Positions 30,761 through 41,865 of a DNA stretch of 64,000 nucleotides are shown one piece after another (positions within the stretch are counted from its first letter, which is position 1; each line of letters starts with the position of its first letter). The stretch lies in contig CAXXHG010000021.1 of assembly GCA_963666315.2 (NCBI GenBank), forward strand, positions 1-64,000. The letters are read 5' to 3'. Both the position numbers and the translations under genes were made by a program. The notes below the pieces were generated by a model. That model searched no databases and was not told the origin of the DNA. It saw only the letters and a list, made by a program, of their open reading frames with translations. Source of the stretch: Candidatus Binatia bacterium. Lineage in GTDB: Bacteria > Desulfobacterota > Binatia > Bin18.

Positions 30761-31542
30761 AGGGAAGATTGGCCTGGATCAGCCCATGGGCATGCCCTAA
30801 CTGGGAGACGGTGCCGTCAAGACAGCAGACCTGCACGCCACCCTAGGCCAACTACATTCCTGCGCTTGGCTAATTGCAGATCGTAGCTTCGTCGGACTTC
30901 ATTGCGACTATTCGGCCCCATCACTGATGTACCCCTCCTCGTTGCGTGCGAACATCGTTGCTTCACTTCATTGCGACCAGCGGCACTCGGCAACCCGGCC
31001 CACCCACGGCCCGATACAGATCCTCCGGATAAGCGCCTTCCAAGTGGCGGCTCCTTCGTTCAGGTGCGGGAAAGGTTCATCGGGCACCGCACAGCCGAGG
31101 AACTCACAGAAAGGTTCGTTATGGACGAATATAGTATCCCGTCAGCTACTCTGGCTCGCTACTCCGCTATTCTCCTCGTTTTGGGGCCGCCATCAGCACT
31201 CCCGCGCGACGCCATCGCCAGCTTGTTTGGTGCGGAGACGTTCCGCGAGGTGTGGGGGGTGTAGGTGAATGGGGATTCGACTTGGGAAGGTGGAAAGAGG
31301 CTCGGTGATTGTGTATAGCGATATGCGGATTTAGCGCCTCTGCGGTGCAACTCTCAAGAGCGGAGAGTAGCAACTCCCCCGTACGACTTTAACTCTTGAC
31401 AGCCGCGCGAGGTTGGGAGTAGATCACGAAGAGATGGAGGCAGCACGACGCTGCTACAACGGTTGATTGAGTTGCTCTGCGTCTGCCGGTAAAAAGCACG
31501 CAAGTGTCGTGCACAACCTGTGTAAAAAGGGAGGACCATGAC

Positions 31543-32771
31543 ATGGGAACTCAAACAGACGGGACGAACGGAAAAAGCTGGGCGCAAACATATCCAGAGC
31601 TAGGTACCGGGCCAGTACCGATCGAGCCGTGTATTTCACCCGAGTATCATGCGCTGGAACGCGAGCGGATTTTTAAGAAAGTCTGGCTGAACGTCGGTCG
31701 GGTGGAGGAAATCTCCAAGGCCGGGGACTATTTGGTCAAAAACATTGCCGCAGGTGAAGCCTCACTGCTGATCGTGCGGGGCAAAGATGGCACCATCCGC
31801 GCGTTTCACAATATGTGCTCGCATCGGGGCAATAAGGTCGTCCGGGATGGCCCCGGCACGTGCCGGGGCTTGTTTGCCTGTAAGTTTCACGGCTGGAGCT
31901 ATAATACTGAGGGGCAGCTTACTTTTGTGCCGGATGAAGATCAGTTCTTTGATTTCGATAAAACTGCCCATGGCCTCACGCCTATTGCCGCAGACACGTG
32001 GGAGGGGTTTATTTTCATTAACCTCGCGCCCCAGCCCAATGAGACGCTGACAGAATACTTAGGCGAACTCGGAGAACGGCTGCACGGCTTTCCATTTGAC
32101 CAATGCACCACGCGCTATACCTATCAGACCGAGGCCAAGGTGAGCTGGAAGGTAGCTGCAGACGCTTTTCAAGAAGGCTACCATGTGGCGTTTATTCACG
32201 CCCGCTCCCTGCCAAGCTATGGCCCCAAGGAGAACCCGCTGGTGCACCTGCCCTGGGTGAAGCTGTATCGCGAGCCCCCGCAGTTTTTCGGTGGACGGCA
32301 ATCCCGAGCCGACGCCGACGCCCTTCCAAGCCTTGGTGCATAAGCTGGGGCGCTCGTTTGATACCATGCTGTCGGCCTCGACTGATGACCAGCCACCGTA
32401 ACTGAACCCGGGTAAAAATTCCGAATTGGGGTTTCGACATCAACGTCATTTTCCCCAATTTCTTTATAGATGTGCTCGACGGCATGTATTTTACCTATCA
32501 CTTCTGGCCACTAGCCGTGGACCGCACCTTGTGGGAGTTTCGCCAATACTTTCCACCAGCTACCAGCGTAGAACAACGCTTCGGCCAGGAATATAGTAAG
32601 TGCCTGTTTCGGGATGCTTTGCTGGAAGATCTAAGTACCCTCGAGCAAACACAAACGGCCCTGGCCACCCGCGGCAAAACACACTTTCTCTTACAGGACA
32701 ATGAAGTGTGTGTCCGCCACGGGCATAAGGTGGTCGAAGATTATGTCGGCTTCTATTCCAACGAAGCCTAG
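31543..32771 (+). pseudogene. Rieske aromatic ring-hydroxylating oxygenase alpha subunit, frameshifted
   Basis: CSHRG/CKFHGW Rieske ligands, EGYHVAFIH, C-part LLEDLSTLE in another frame. Confidence 0.88.
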
Positions 32772-32837
32772 GGACCGCGCAGCGGGGCCGTGCGAAAAGT
32801 GCCCGACACACTCCGCACTCAACACACGAGGTAGAAC

Positions 32838-33170
32838 ATGAGATTGTTGCCGGAAGAGTTTGCAGACCTGGAGCCGTTGGCTGGGCATTGGGCCTTGGCC
32901 ACGGAGACTGAGCGCAATCGCCAACGCCTTGCTAGTCCCATGTCCGAGGTACAGGCGCTGTACGACACCTTACTACCGCGCATGGAGGCTGTGCTGGGCT
33001 ACTTGGGCCAGTTTCCGCTGGATGCCCTGCCCGAAGACGCCGAGCGGTTATTTCGATTAACGTTGTCGCTGGCCGAGGTGGCGACCGCCGTAGAGAATTT
33101 TAAGCAGACGAGTGTGGTGGATGGCTACGACTGTGCGCGGCTAGAGTTTTGCCACGACCGAATGAATTGA
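32838..33170 (+). CDS. Small helical protein associated with the Rieske oxygenase
   Basis: LPEEFADLEPLA..WALATETER; GAGG RBS. Confidence 0.72.
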   Translation: MRLLPEEFADLEPLAGHWALATETERNRQRLASPMSEVQALYDTLLPRMEAVLGYLGQFPLDALPEDAERLFRLTLSLAEVATAVENFKQTSVVDGYDCARLEFCHDRMN

Positions 33171-33364
33171 GCTGGACGTGACTCCAGGTGCTAGCCTGCG
33201 AGGATGTCAACGTATCGCATTCGGTCAGGGTGGTCCCATTCGGGTACGCCCGACAGTCACATCGAATCGTGAAGCCATAATAATGGCGCAGTATTCGGGG
33301 GAGCCAGGCGACAAGCCCGCAGCGCAGGGGTGGCCAAGAGTACCGGCTGGGCAAAAAGAGGGGG

Positions 33365-35190
33365 ATGAATATGCAATCGAAGTTACACAGGCATACCCTG
33401 GGAAGGTCAGTCATGCGGTTCACCGCGCTGCGGTATGTAATGGGGTGTCTTGGGTTGGGGCTGATGGTACTAGGCGGCGCGGAGGCAAGTTGGGCGGCAT
33501 CTTCTGTAGTCTCTGGCACAGTGACCGATACGCACGGGGTGCCCGTATCGGGTGCCATGATTACCGTACTTGGTCAGGGCCCGGGGCCGCGTTCCATTAG
33601 CGTGTTTTCCGACAAGACGGGTGTGTACCATACCCCGAGCCTCGGCTGGCAGGTGTCGACAGACACGCTGAGGCTGAAGTGCCAGAAGATCGGCTATCGG
33701 CAGGCCGCGCTCACCAACACATTCGCCGGCGAGGGCAGGGTCGGCGTCGATTGTACCCTGTCCGGAGTGGAGAATGTTGCTGATCAGGTGGCGCCCGCGG
33801 ACTGGTTAGCGCGCGGCCAGATAAGCGATGAGGCTGGCCGGCGTGATGCCCTGCTGTTGTGTGGCGACTGTCATGCCCTGCCGAGTAAGGAAGTCCAGAC
33901 CATTGCCGAGTCGTTTGAGTGGTTGACGGAAGACGAGCGCAAGCAGGCCTGGCGCGACATGGTGCACCAGATGCGAGAAGTGTTTATGCGCTTCTTTGAG
34001 GAGGAAGGAGGTCGCGGCTCAGTTGGGACAGGAGGCGGCCAAAAAGGCAGGAGAGACTTTTATTAATAACGCTGACGAGGAGCTGATTACCCCGTTTTTG
34101 ACCGCACATTATTCCGGTTAATTATGACGATTTTAGCCTGCGTGATTGGAAAGAATGCTGCCAGGGACCGCCCGTGGGAGTAAAGGGAACGGTCATCCGC
34201 GAGTACCAGTTGCCGGTGGACTATAAGAAGTGGACGCGTGAAGTCGTCGTGCCCAAAGGGTCACGCTACATCTGGGCCACGGACAAAACCGGTGATCGGT
34301 TGGTGCGCTTGGACCCCGACACAGGAGCGCTCAAGTGGGTACCCGTCAAGACCGAAAATCTAGGGGGGCCACACACCTTGCTTCCCGACGCTGAGGGCAA
34401 TATCTGGATCTCGCTTGAAGATGAGGGCACGTTTAGCGCGGTTCAACCCGCTGACCGAAGAAATGGAAAATCTGGCCGCCGTTTGTGGATGACAACGGCA
34501 TTGTCATGCTGACCCATGACCCCGCCCAAACCGCATGGCGCGAAGTGGGCTTCGACCCCCAGGGACGGGTGTGGATAACATTGATTAGTCACAACATGAT
34601 CGGAAGCGTGCACCCCGAGACCGGCGAGGTGAAAGCCTATCCTTTGCCCGCACCCAAGGGCCGAGCAGGTGCGACCGCATTTGTGTATGGCTCAGCCATG
34701 TCCTCGGACGGCAAGACGGTGTGGTGGTCGCAAATCCAGGGCAATCTGGGCTGGTTCAATACGCAGACGTTGGAGTCGGGCATTGCGTTAGAGTTTCCGC
34801 GCGGCACGGGTCCCCGGCGTATGGCTATCGACGACCAGGATGTATTGTGGGTGCCGCTGTATGGCGCGGGGCAGCTACTGGCCTATGACACCCAGGCGCG
34901 CAAGGAAGTCGGGCGGTACGATCTGCCTAACCGCAACGCCGCACCGTATGCTGTCACCTGGGACCCGCAACGGAAAGTCGTGTGGTGCGGCACCATGAAC
35001 GCCAACACCATTTACCCAGTTCAACCCGCGCACCAAAGGGTGGATACAATATCCCATGCCACGCGACGGGGCTCGTTTTCGTATGTTGACCCTTGACGGT
35101 GACGGCAACGTGTGGGGGACTTATGGCACGTTTCCCGGTCGGCTCGCCCGTCCGACCATGATAATGAAACTGGAGCCCGCGCCCACGATA
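33365..35190 (+). pseudogene. Exported carboxypeptidase-regulatory-like + CxxCH + Vgb-like beta-propeller protein, multiply frameshifted
   Basis: VSGTVTDTHGVPVSGAMIT; CGDCH; repeats DAEGNIW, DPQGRVW, GPRRMAIDDQDVLW across 4 ORFs. Confidence 0.75.
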
Positions 35191-35319
35191 CGTAACGTCA
35201 GGGTCGCAAGCTTCAAGGAAGAACGGTTGCGGAGCGACCACCTTCGAGTCCAAAATCCCTTGGAGTGGGAGCGTCTTGAGTCTCATTTTCTTAATTTGAC
35301 AATACCGCTGAAGACCTTG

Positions 35320-36430
35320 TTTGAGCCACCGTTGCAAGTCCTGAAACTATACCCGCCACCGCCCGACGTGGATGACGCCACAACGCCACAAACCGGGATC
35401 ACGGTATGGCAATTCCCCGAGTGGTTCATCACCCAGGATGTTTATGCTGAGGCAAGCCACGCCAGCGTGCGTTCACGAATGCTGGTTCATCGTCGAATCC
35501 TGACCAAGGGGAAATTTATTGACGACAGCAGGACAAAGCGAGCCGTGGTTCCGATCCGTTTCGTGCGGGCCTGCCGCAGCGGACACACGGGAGACATTGG
35601 CTGGTATGACTTCGTACACGGAGACGAAACCGACTGTCATCGGCAGCTCTGGATCGAAGAGCGCGGTACAACGGGTGATCTATCGGAAGTATGGGTCCGA
35701 TGCGAATGCGGCAAGGGCGAGCGTGACATGCTTCAGGCATCCATGAAGACACTGGGTCCTTGCGATGGCAGTCGCCCCTGGCTGGGTCCGTACACCAAGG
35801 AGAAGTGCGGAGAGCCGAATCGATTGCTGATCCGTACAGCCAGCAACGCTTACTTCTCACAACTCATGAGTGTAATCTCGTTGCCGGACCGGAACGAATC
35901 TGTCCGTGAAGCGTGGAGAGGGTTTGGGATTTCATCGGCGAGGTCGAAGACCTCGACATGCTCCGGTACGAACGGAAGAAGGCAAAGGTCCGGACCGGGC
36001 TCTATGGCTTTTCGGACGAGGAAGTCTTTGAGGAGGTGAAAGTACGTCGCGGCCAATCTCCCCAACAGACTAAGACGATCAAGCAGGCGGAGATGGAAAC
36101 GCTGGGTGCCGCCAAGACGGAACTTGGCGACGACCGGTCGGATGGGAACTTTCACGCTCGGACGCTGCCTGAATCGGCGTGGCATTCTTCTGAATGGATG
36201 AAGCCCATCGAACGAGTTGTGCTAGTTCATCGCCTCCGCGAAGTAATCGCTCAAGTGGGCTTCACGCGGTTTGAGGCAATCTCGCCGGATATTGACGGTG
36301 AGTTGGAGGTGGGCGTGCGGCGTGCATCACTCGCCCGCGAAATCTCATGGTTGCCAGCTATCGAGAATCGCGGCGAAGGAATTTTTCTCCAGTTTAGCAA
36401 AGAGGCTGTTCAGAGGTGGCGTAGTCAGCC
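35320..36430 (+). pseudogene. Internal fragment of DUF1998-type DISARM DrmB-like protein
   Basis: FPEWF, PIRFVRACRSGH, CDGSRPWL, RTASNAYF, RLREVIAQVGFTR, WLPAIENRGEGIF. Confidence 0.8.
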
Positions 36431-36818
36431 CATTTTACAATGCGCTGCGCCTGATGAGACCTGTTTGCTGTGGATTCTTCACATAATGGCACTCGTCGGT
36501 GACGGTCAGATCGACTTGGCAAGAGGTGACCGGCCGTGATCCGATACTGCTAGCACCACGGTGAGGCGTTGCCAGCTAGGGATTGAAGGCGTTACTATCG
36601 GGGCCAATACCGTCTGCTTTACTGGAGAAGACGAAAAAGGCAAGAACCTGAGTACAACGGTCTTCGGGCCAAAGCAGAACCTCGCCTTTTGGGAGAAGGT
36701 CTTCCAGACAGGCAAGGCGCCGACGGGCATTCAAATCCTGGCGCAGCCATTAGATCTGAACCAGATGATCCAAGCACGGGGAGAAGGAGATTAATCGTGA
36801 AGCGTCTCCCTCACGGAC

Positions 36819-37330
36819 GTGAAGTTGACCCAGGCTCTCCGGTCTGTTCAGGCCGCGGTCAAAGAGGCCTTGATAGGACTGAATGAGGCCGCCGCTCAAG
36901 TGATGGCCCAGGGAGACTACGTAGTGGCGACGACCTTGGCAGCCAAGGGACAGGAGATCCAGCAGTTCCGCGCCGAGGTGGACGCCCTTCGTGACCGATG
37001 GCGAGCAGTGCGTGGTGCGGGTGCAGATGAGGCGAAGGCGTCGGCGACGCCCTGTGGGCCTACTACCAGCCCATCCTGAAGGCTCTATCCGAGGCTGATG
37101 GTGAGGCGAGCCGAGCCGATCTGGAGACGAAGGTCGAGCGGTTGCTGGGCGACACCGGGAAGCCTGGAGATCGGGAGCGAATGGCGCGGGGCCAGGAGCG
37201 ATGGCAGGTCATGATCCGGCGCGCCCGTAAACATTTCGTCACCGAAGGCTGGATCGAGGCGGACACGGGCAAGGTATGGAAAATTACGGACGCGGGCCGC
37301 CGGGCCGCGGAGAAGCCACTCGAGCCATGA
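36819..37330 (+). pseudogene. Protein with Mrr N-terminal winged-helix domain, frameshifted
   Basis: YYQPILKAL...RWQVMIRRARKHFVTEGWIE...VWKITDAGR. Confidence 0.65.
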
Positions 37331-37655
37331 AGGACTGTCACCTCTCCCCGCTGATCCCACGAAACAAAGTCGGTGATATCGGCGTAGGCGATCCGCTCGC
37401 ATTCGCGCAGCACTTCAGTCGCCTCGACGCGGAGACGAGCCTCGATAGGGGCAATTTCCTGCTTCATTGCCGCCTGTACCTTAGCCAGGGTTAACAGCCG
37501 CGATGCAGGACCGTCGCTGTCTTGGCGCTGTAGCCGGCTTTGATTGCCGCTTGAGTCCCGTTCGGGTTCTTAACGTTTTCCAGCACAAAGCGGCGTTGCC
37601 GTAGGGTGAGAGGATCGGATGCCCGAATGGTATCTGGGGTGTCTCTGTCAGCCAT
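37330..37655 (-). pseudogene. Phage terminase small subunit remnant
   Basis: LTLRQRRFV..NPNGTQAAIKAGYSAKTA then EVLRECERIAYADITDFVSW. Confidence 0.75.
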
Positions 37656-38299
37656 GCTGGTCAGTATAGTCCAGCGAAAGTTACAAAAAAACGGGATTTT
37701 GGAGGTATCGGCCATGTAGCCGTAGGCAGCGTATACTCCGAGCGAGAGCACCGTACTTATCTGTGTTTGCTTCGGTGAGTCCGATCCCATTGCGAAGGCC
37801 GGAGAACCGGGTTCACGCAACTTTGCGTGTGTCTCCGTAAATTGTGACAGCGCTTGGTCTCCTTTGCACTTTGTGGACAGTTTGCAGTCATGGTTTCCGA
37901 ACCATTGAACCTCGATACCAACTGTTGTAGTGCCTTTATATGATGACGTGTAAATGATGACTTGAGTATTTCCGCCGTGGGCGGATTCGCCATGTCGTGT
38001 CGACTCAGAGATCGAATGAGTGGAAGCGGCGATGTCTCATGACACCGTTGATAGCCATCGCTGTCGAAGTATGTCGGTTCGTCTCGATTGATCAATATAG
38101 GACGAACTGTTCGTGCTGAAGGAGCTTAGAAACCCCTCATTCTGTTAGACTTTGGACGCTTGCCATAGGCCAGCATCAATCTTCTCATCGGTAAACAGCT
38201 AGAGCCGAAAACCGGCGTCGTCCGGAAACCCGCCTATTTCTATGGCAAGGCGCCAATCCAATCTGTGAACCTGCGGGCACCCCCTACGTAGGCAACTTG

Positions 38300-38446
38300 G
38301 TATCGCACGTGCCATGTTCTGCGTCTCGGCTTCCAAACCGAGGCCCTGCTGCCTGATTTTGTCATTGATCGCTCCGGTTAGACCCGAGACTTGATCGTGA
38401 TGGCGTACGATATGGCCGGTTTGTCGGAGCATGGAGCGTCCGCTTA
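38300..38446 (+). pseudogene. Decayed GNAT-like C-terminal fragment
   Basis: RLGFQTEALLPDFVIDRSG*TRDLIVMAYD. Confidence 0.4.
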
Positions 38447-39935
38447 GACGCTGGTGCTAGACTGAGTGCTGGGAAGAGCCTCATGAGGCCGCGTTGTCAT
38501 GCGAAGTTGGGCTTGCGGAACGCTGAGAGAATTGTTTTGCTGCTGACGGAGCTCGCTGAACGATGCTCGTAGGCACTCGATATAGGTCCACACGTCCGGC
38601 ATGAGTTGGGGATCAACGGTGACGCCTATGGTGAGCTTTTGATTATAGCTCGCAATAGCATGGAACAATCCTATATTTGCGGCTAATGGACCCATGGAAA
38701 AAAGGCGGTGCCTCTTATGCCCGGCGAGGTAGAGCGGAATCTGGGGGCCGGGGATATTCATCACCACGGTATTGGCAAGAGTCATTGGGGATGGCATGTG
38801 TCCGACCAGAGCCTGCCAGGCCGGTGGGACCCAATTATACACAGACTTGATGGCATGAAAGGTACCGGCCTGATCTTGCTCTTGTAGTTCTTCGCTTGCC
38901 GCCTTCTGGCAGCGAGACGTAGGATGGGGTCTGTAATCCCAATATAGAGCGGATCAGCATAGTTGAGGTGCGGTCCGCAGGCTGCGCGTTACGGTGATTC
39001 CGCGGCTCATGGCGTTTGAGGTTCATTGGACACGCGGTGCGCAGCTCAACGCCGTCGATTTTCTGTCCCTTGGCTTGTAGATAGGGTCCTAGCCCGCCGG
39101 CAATAATGGCCAGGACTACATCATTGACCGTGCCTCTCAGGACAGAGCGAATAAAACGGACCTCTGCGTACGACAGCTCAAGCCAGGCAAGTTGGCGTTG
39201 GCCTGACAGCGATGTATTAAATGGGGTCGATGGCACCTGCTGCAAGAGCGTTGGAATGACGTTGATGACGGCGTTGGCCATGCGCTTGGAATAGATGCCC
39301 TGCGCGGCAGGACGCAGCAGACGAAAGCTCATGTCGGCCCAGCGCTGAGCCACTTCTGTAACACGGTCTCGAAATGCCTCTTGGAGTAATGAGAGTGTGT
39401 CCGCTAGAGGTTCTGCCTGCCATGTTCCCGTCCGCTGCTGTGCGGGTTCTCCATCCGGCTTGATGTCGTGCAGGACCAGCATAAGGTCAATTCCCGAGAC
39501 ACCCTCAAGCATGGCTTGGTGGACGAGTGCCATGACCATGGTATTCCCGTCAGGGCGTCCGTGCATAAGAATCAGCTTCCAAAGCGGGCGCCTTCTGTCG
39601 AGCGGGGAGGCAAAGAGCTGCCCGCACACCTGAGACAGCACGCTGTCATCGGCTGGGTCGGGCAGGCTGACTTCTTCGATATGGTGGGCGAGATCGAAGG
39701 TGGGGTCATCTTCCCAGGTAGGATGGGCAATACCGAGCGGAGAGAAGACGACCTTCCGGCGGTACTGCGGCAAGCGGTGCAAGCGACTTTCGATCAGGTG
39801 CAACAGCGTATCTCGGGACAGATGGCCTTCGTATAAGCTACAGCCGCCGATGTGCATGGCAGCATCCGGCTTCTCGCTATACAGGAAAGCGGCTTCGGTC
39901 TGGGTCAGCCGTCGTCTTATAAATGTTTGTGCCAT
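38444..39935 (-). pseudogene. Wax ester synthase/diacylglycerol acyltransferase (WS/DGAT), frameshifted near 38850-38950
   Basis: MHIG, WEDDPTFDLAHHI, PLDRRRPLW, HQAMLEG, TVNDVVLA, NIPGPQIPLYLAG. Confidence 0.9.
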
Positions 39936-39963
39936 GTCTGATTAGTGAGAAGATTTGGGTGTG

Positions 39964-39988
39964 AAAAAAAAGAGGGGCGCAGGCCCCT
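39964..39988 (-). terminator. Intrinsic terminator/attenuator upstream of WS/DGAT
   Basis: Minus strand AGGGGC-CTGC-GCCCCT-C-T8. Confidence 0.7.
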
Positions 39989-40037
39989 GGGGGGCTATAT
40001 TCCTACTTGTTATGATTAGGCGGCGATGCGTTTGATG

Positions 40038-40478
40038 CTAGACGTTGATTTTTTTGGCTCCGGAGAGCTGTCTTGTACGACCGGAGTTGCCCTGAGCGCA
40101 GTGGTTTTCCTCTCGGAGTGCCCGGATCTCTGCCTGTAGGGCCTTAGTGTCTGCACGAGACGGGAGGAGTCCGGCCGCCTGGGCGAGCCCGGTCAGCACG
40201 GTTTTTGTAAACGCGTTCCCCACCTGTTGCCAGCGCAGGAAACCCTCAAGCGAACGTGCGGTCGTCTGTGCAAACAGTGGCATACGATACCAGCCATCAA
40301 CCGTGCGTGAGGCGAGTCTGACCATAGCATCGTAGCCAGTCCAGGCTGTCGCCGTAGTTTCTTTTTCATTTCCGAAGCCCAAACCCCAACGCGTGCCTGC
40401 CATGGGCAGATCGAAGAGGAGAGCCTTATAGGCGATCATGGCATAGGACATATTATTTACAGTATCTTTTTCTAACAT
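40038..40478 (-). CDS. Hypothetical PhaE/granule-associated-like helical protein
   Basis: GLLPSRADTKALQAEIRALREE coiled-coil end similar to PhaE-type proteins. Confidence 0.5.
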   Translation of the reverse strand: MLEKDTVNNMSYAMIAYKALLFDLPMAGTRWGLGFGNEKETTATAWTGYDAMVRLASRTVDGWYRMPLFAQTTARSLEGFLRWQQVGNAFTKTVLTGLAQAAGLLPSRADTKALQAEIRALREENHCAQGNSGRTRQLSGAKKINV

Positions 40479-40565
40479 TACCGTTTTCCTTTCAGCGTCT
40501 CGTCAGCGTCTTGTATTGACGCTCTCTAGTCTAGAATGATTGCCTTTTGTGGCCAAGAAAATAAT

Positions 40566-40632
40566 CGTCACCTAAGTGACTCAAATGTACTTTCAGTCCT
40601 GACTGTGTGTATTTTTTGTCTCCTTTGTGACA
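40566..40632. promoter_or_regulatory. Two Crp/CooA-type sites
   Basis: CGTCA-CCTAAG-TGACT (40566) and TGTCT-CCTTTG-TGACA (40617). Confidence 0.58.
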
Positions 40633-41065
40633 GTTGTGTGAACATGTTGTGAAAAGGGTAGGTTGAGAATTTCTGCAGCGGCAATTCGAATACCGTTTCT
40701 TATCCGCCACTGGACAGACGTTGCCACCGCGCGGCGGACCCTCTATATAAGAATGACAAGAACGACAAGAACGAAAGGAGTAGGGAAAAAGGGAGACTCC
40801 AAACGACGCAGGAGTAAATGGTTCAAGAACTTTGGGATCGAGAACACATCATTTTCCAAGGGCTGGGTAAAATCTGACGGACTGGGAAAATGAGAGACTA
40901 GAGAAAAATAGGTTCCAGTGTAGCAAAGAGACCAAAGCGCAATCCGTGTGTTCATAACAAGGCAGAGGGACTTTGCGCTGTAGAAGAATGGTTAAGAAAA
41001 ACGAGCTTGAGAAAGCTGAGAAAGTCTAGAATGTCTATAATGTCACGGCAGAAAGGAGAAAACAG

Positions 41066-41356
41066 ATGAAGCGTTGGACAACAGTTCTGGCAGGTGCCAT
41101 GATCGTAGGACTCGCGGGTGCTCCGATGGGAGTATACGCAGACCACCATGAGGGAGGTCATGGCGATAGTGACGGCGCAGTGCAGGCCGATGCGAATGCC
41201 GGTGAGGCAGCCGAGAAGATGGCAGATGAGGCCAAAGAAGAAGCTGCTTCAATGGAAGAAAAGGCCGAAGCAAGTGCCACTGATGCAGTGGGGGAAATGG
41301 AAGGCGAGGCCAAAGAAGCCATGCCTGAGGGCGGCCACAGCGAAGGATCGCATTAA
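41066..41356 (+). CDS. Small secreted acidic Ala/Glu-rich protein with His-rich ends
   Basis: Signal peptide ending VYA, DHHEGGHGD, GGHSEGSH; AAGGAG RBS. Confidence 0.78.
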   Translation: MKRWTTVLAGAMIVGLAGAPMGVYADHHEGGHGDSDGAVQADANAGEAAEKMADEAKEEAASMEEKAEASATDAVGEMEGEAKEAMPEGGHSEGSH

Positions 41357-41369
41357 GCCGCGTACACGT

Positions 41370-41400
41370 GGGGTTCCCCAGAAGCGGGAGCCCCGCTTCT
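41370..41400 (+). terminator. Hairpin terminator
   Basis: GGGGTTCCC...GGGAGCCCC followed by GCTTCT. Confidence 0.5.
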
Positions 41401-41524
41401 CACCTTAGTACCACTACATTGTTAGATTCGTTGCCATAAATCGGCCCACAAAGGCGAAAAATACCTTTCCCCTGCCTTGTTCTGCTGCTAGGCTAGAATA
41501 CACATGCAAGCAGGGAGAAGGGCA

Positions 41525-41839
41525 GTGGAGCATACTCCGTTTAGCGACGCGTTCTTTTCGGATGTCACCTCCGCGGACATCCAGCGTGAGAAGAACCGTG
41601 CTCGCGAACTGCGTCGATCTGCCTGGTGGAAGCGCAAACGTGCCAGTGGGGTGTGCTACTACTGTCAGCAGCAATTCTCGCCCACTAAACTCACGATGGA
41701 TCATTTGATTCCGCTTGCACGCGGTGGGAAGTCGACCAAGGGCAATCTTGTGGCCGCGTGTAAGACCTGTAACAGTAAAAAAAAATACGCCCTGCCGTGG
41801 GAGTGGGAGATGGAGAAAACGTCTCCCTCATCTTCCTAA
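41525..41839 (+). CDS. Stand-alone HNH endonuclease
   Basis: CYYC...LTMDHLIPLARGG...NLVAACKTCNSKK. Confidence 0.9.
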   Translation: MEHTPFSDAFFSDVTSADIQREKNRARELRRSAWWKRKRASGVCYYCQQQFSPTKLTMDHLIPLARGGKSTKGNLVAACKTCNSKKKYALPWEWEMEKTSPSSS

Positions 41840-41865
41840 GAGGTATTTTTGACTTCCCAAGCCGT

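Noticed and set aside
31254-31290. tmRNA/tRNA-like GGGG...GGATTCGAC string
   Set aside because: Spacing is wrong and no matching acceptor stem or T-arm 3' end was found
35320-36430. Functional DISARM system
   Set aside because: Only an internal drmB fragment; no drmA, drmC, drmD or methylase
37330-38200. Intact prophage
   Set aside because: Only a broken terminase small subunit; no structural genes, integrase or att sites
41525-41839. HNH gene as a defence or mobile nuclease
   Set aside because: Short stand-alone HNH with no methylase, repeats or element ends nearby
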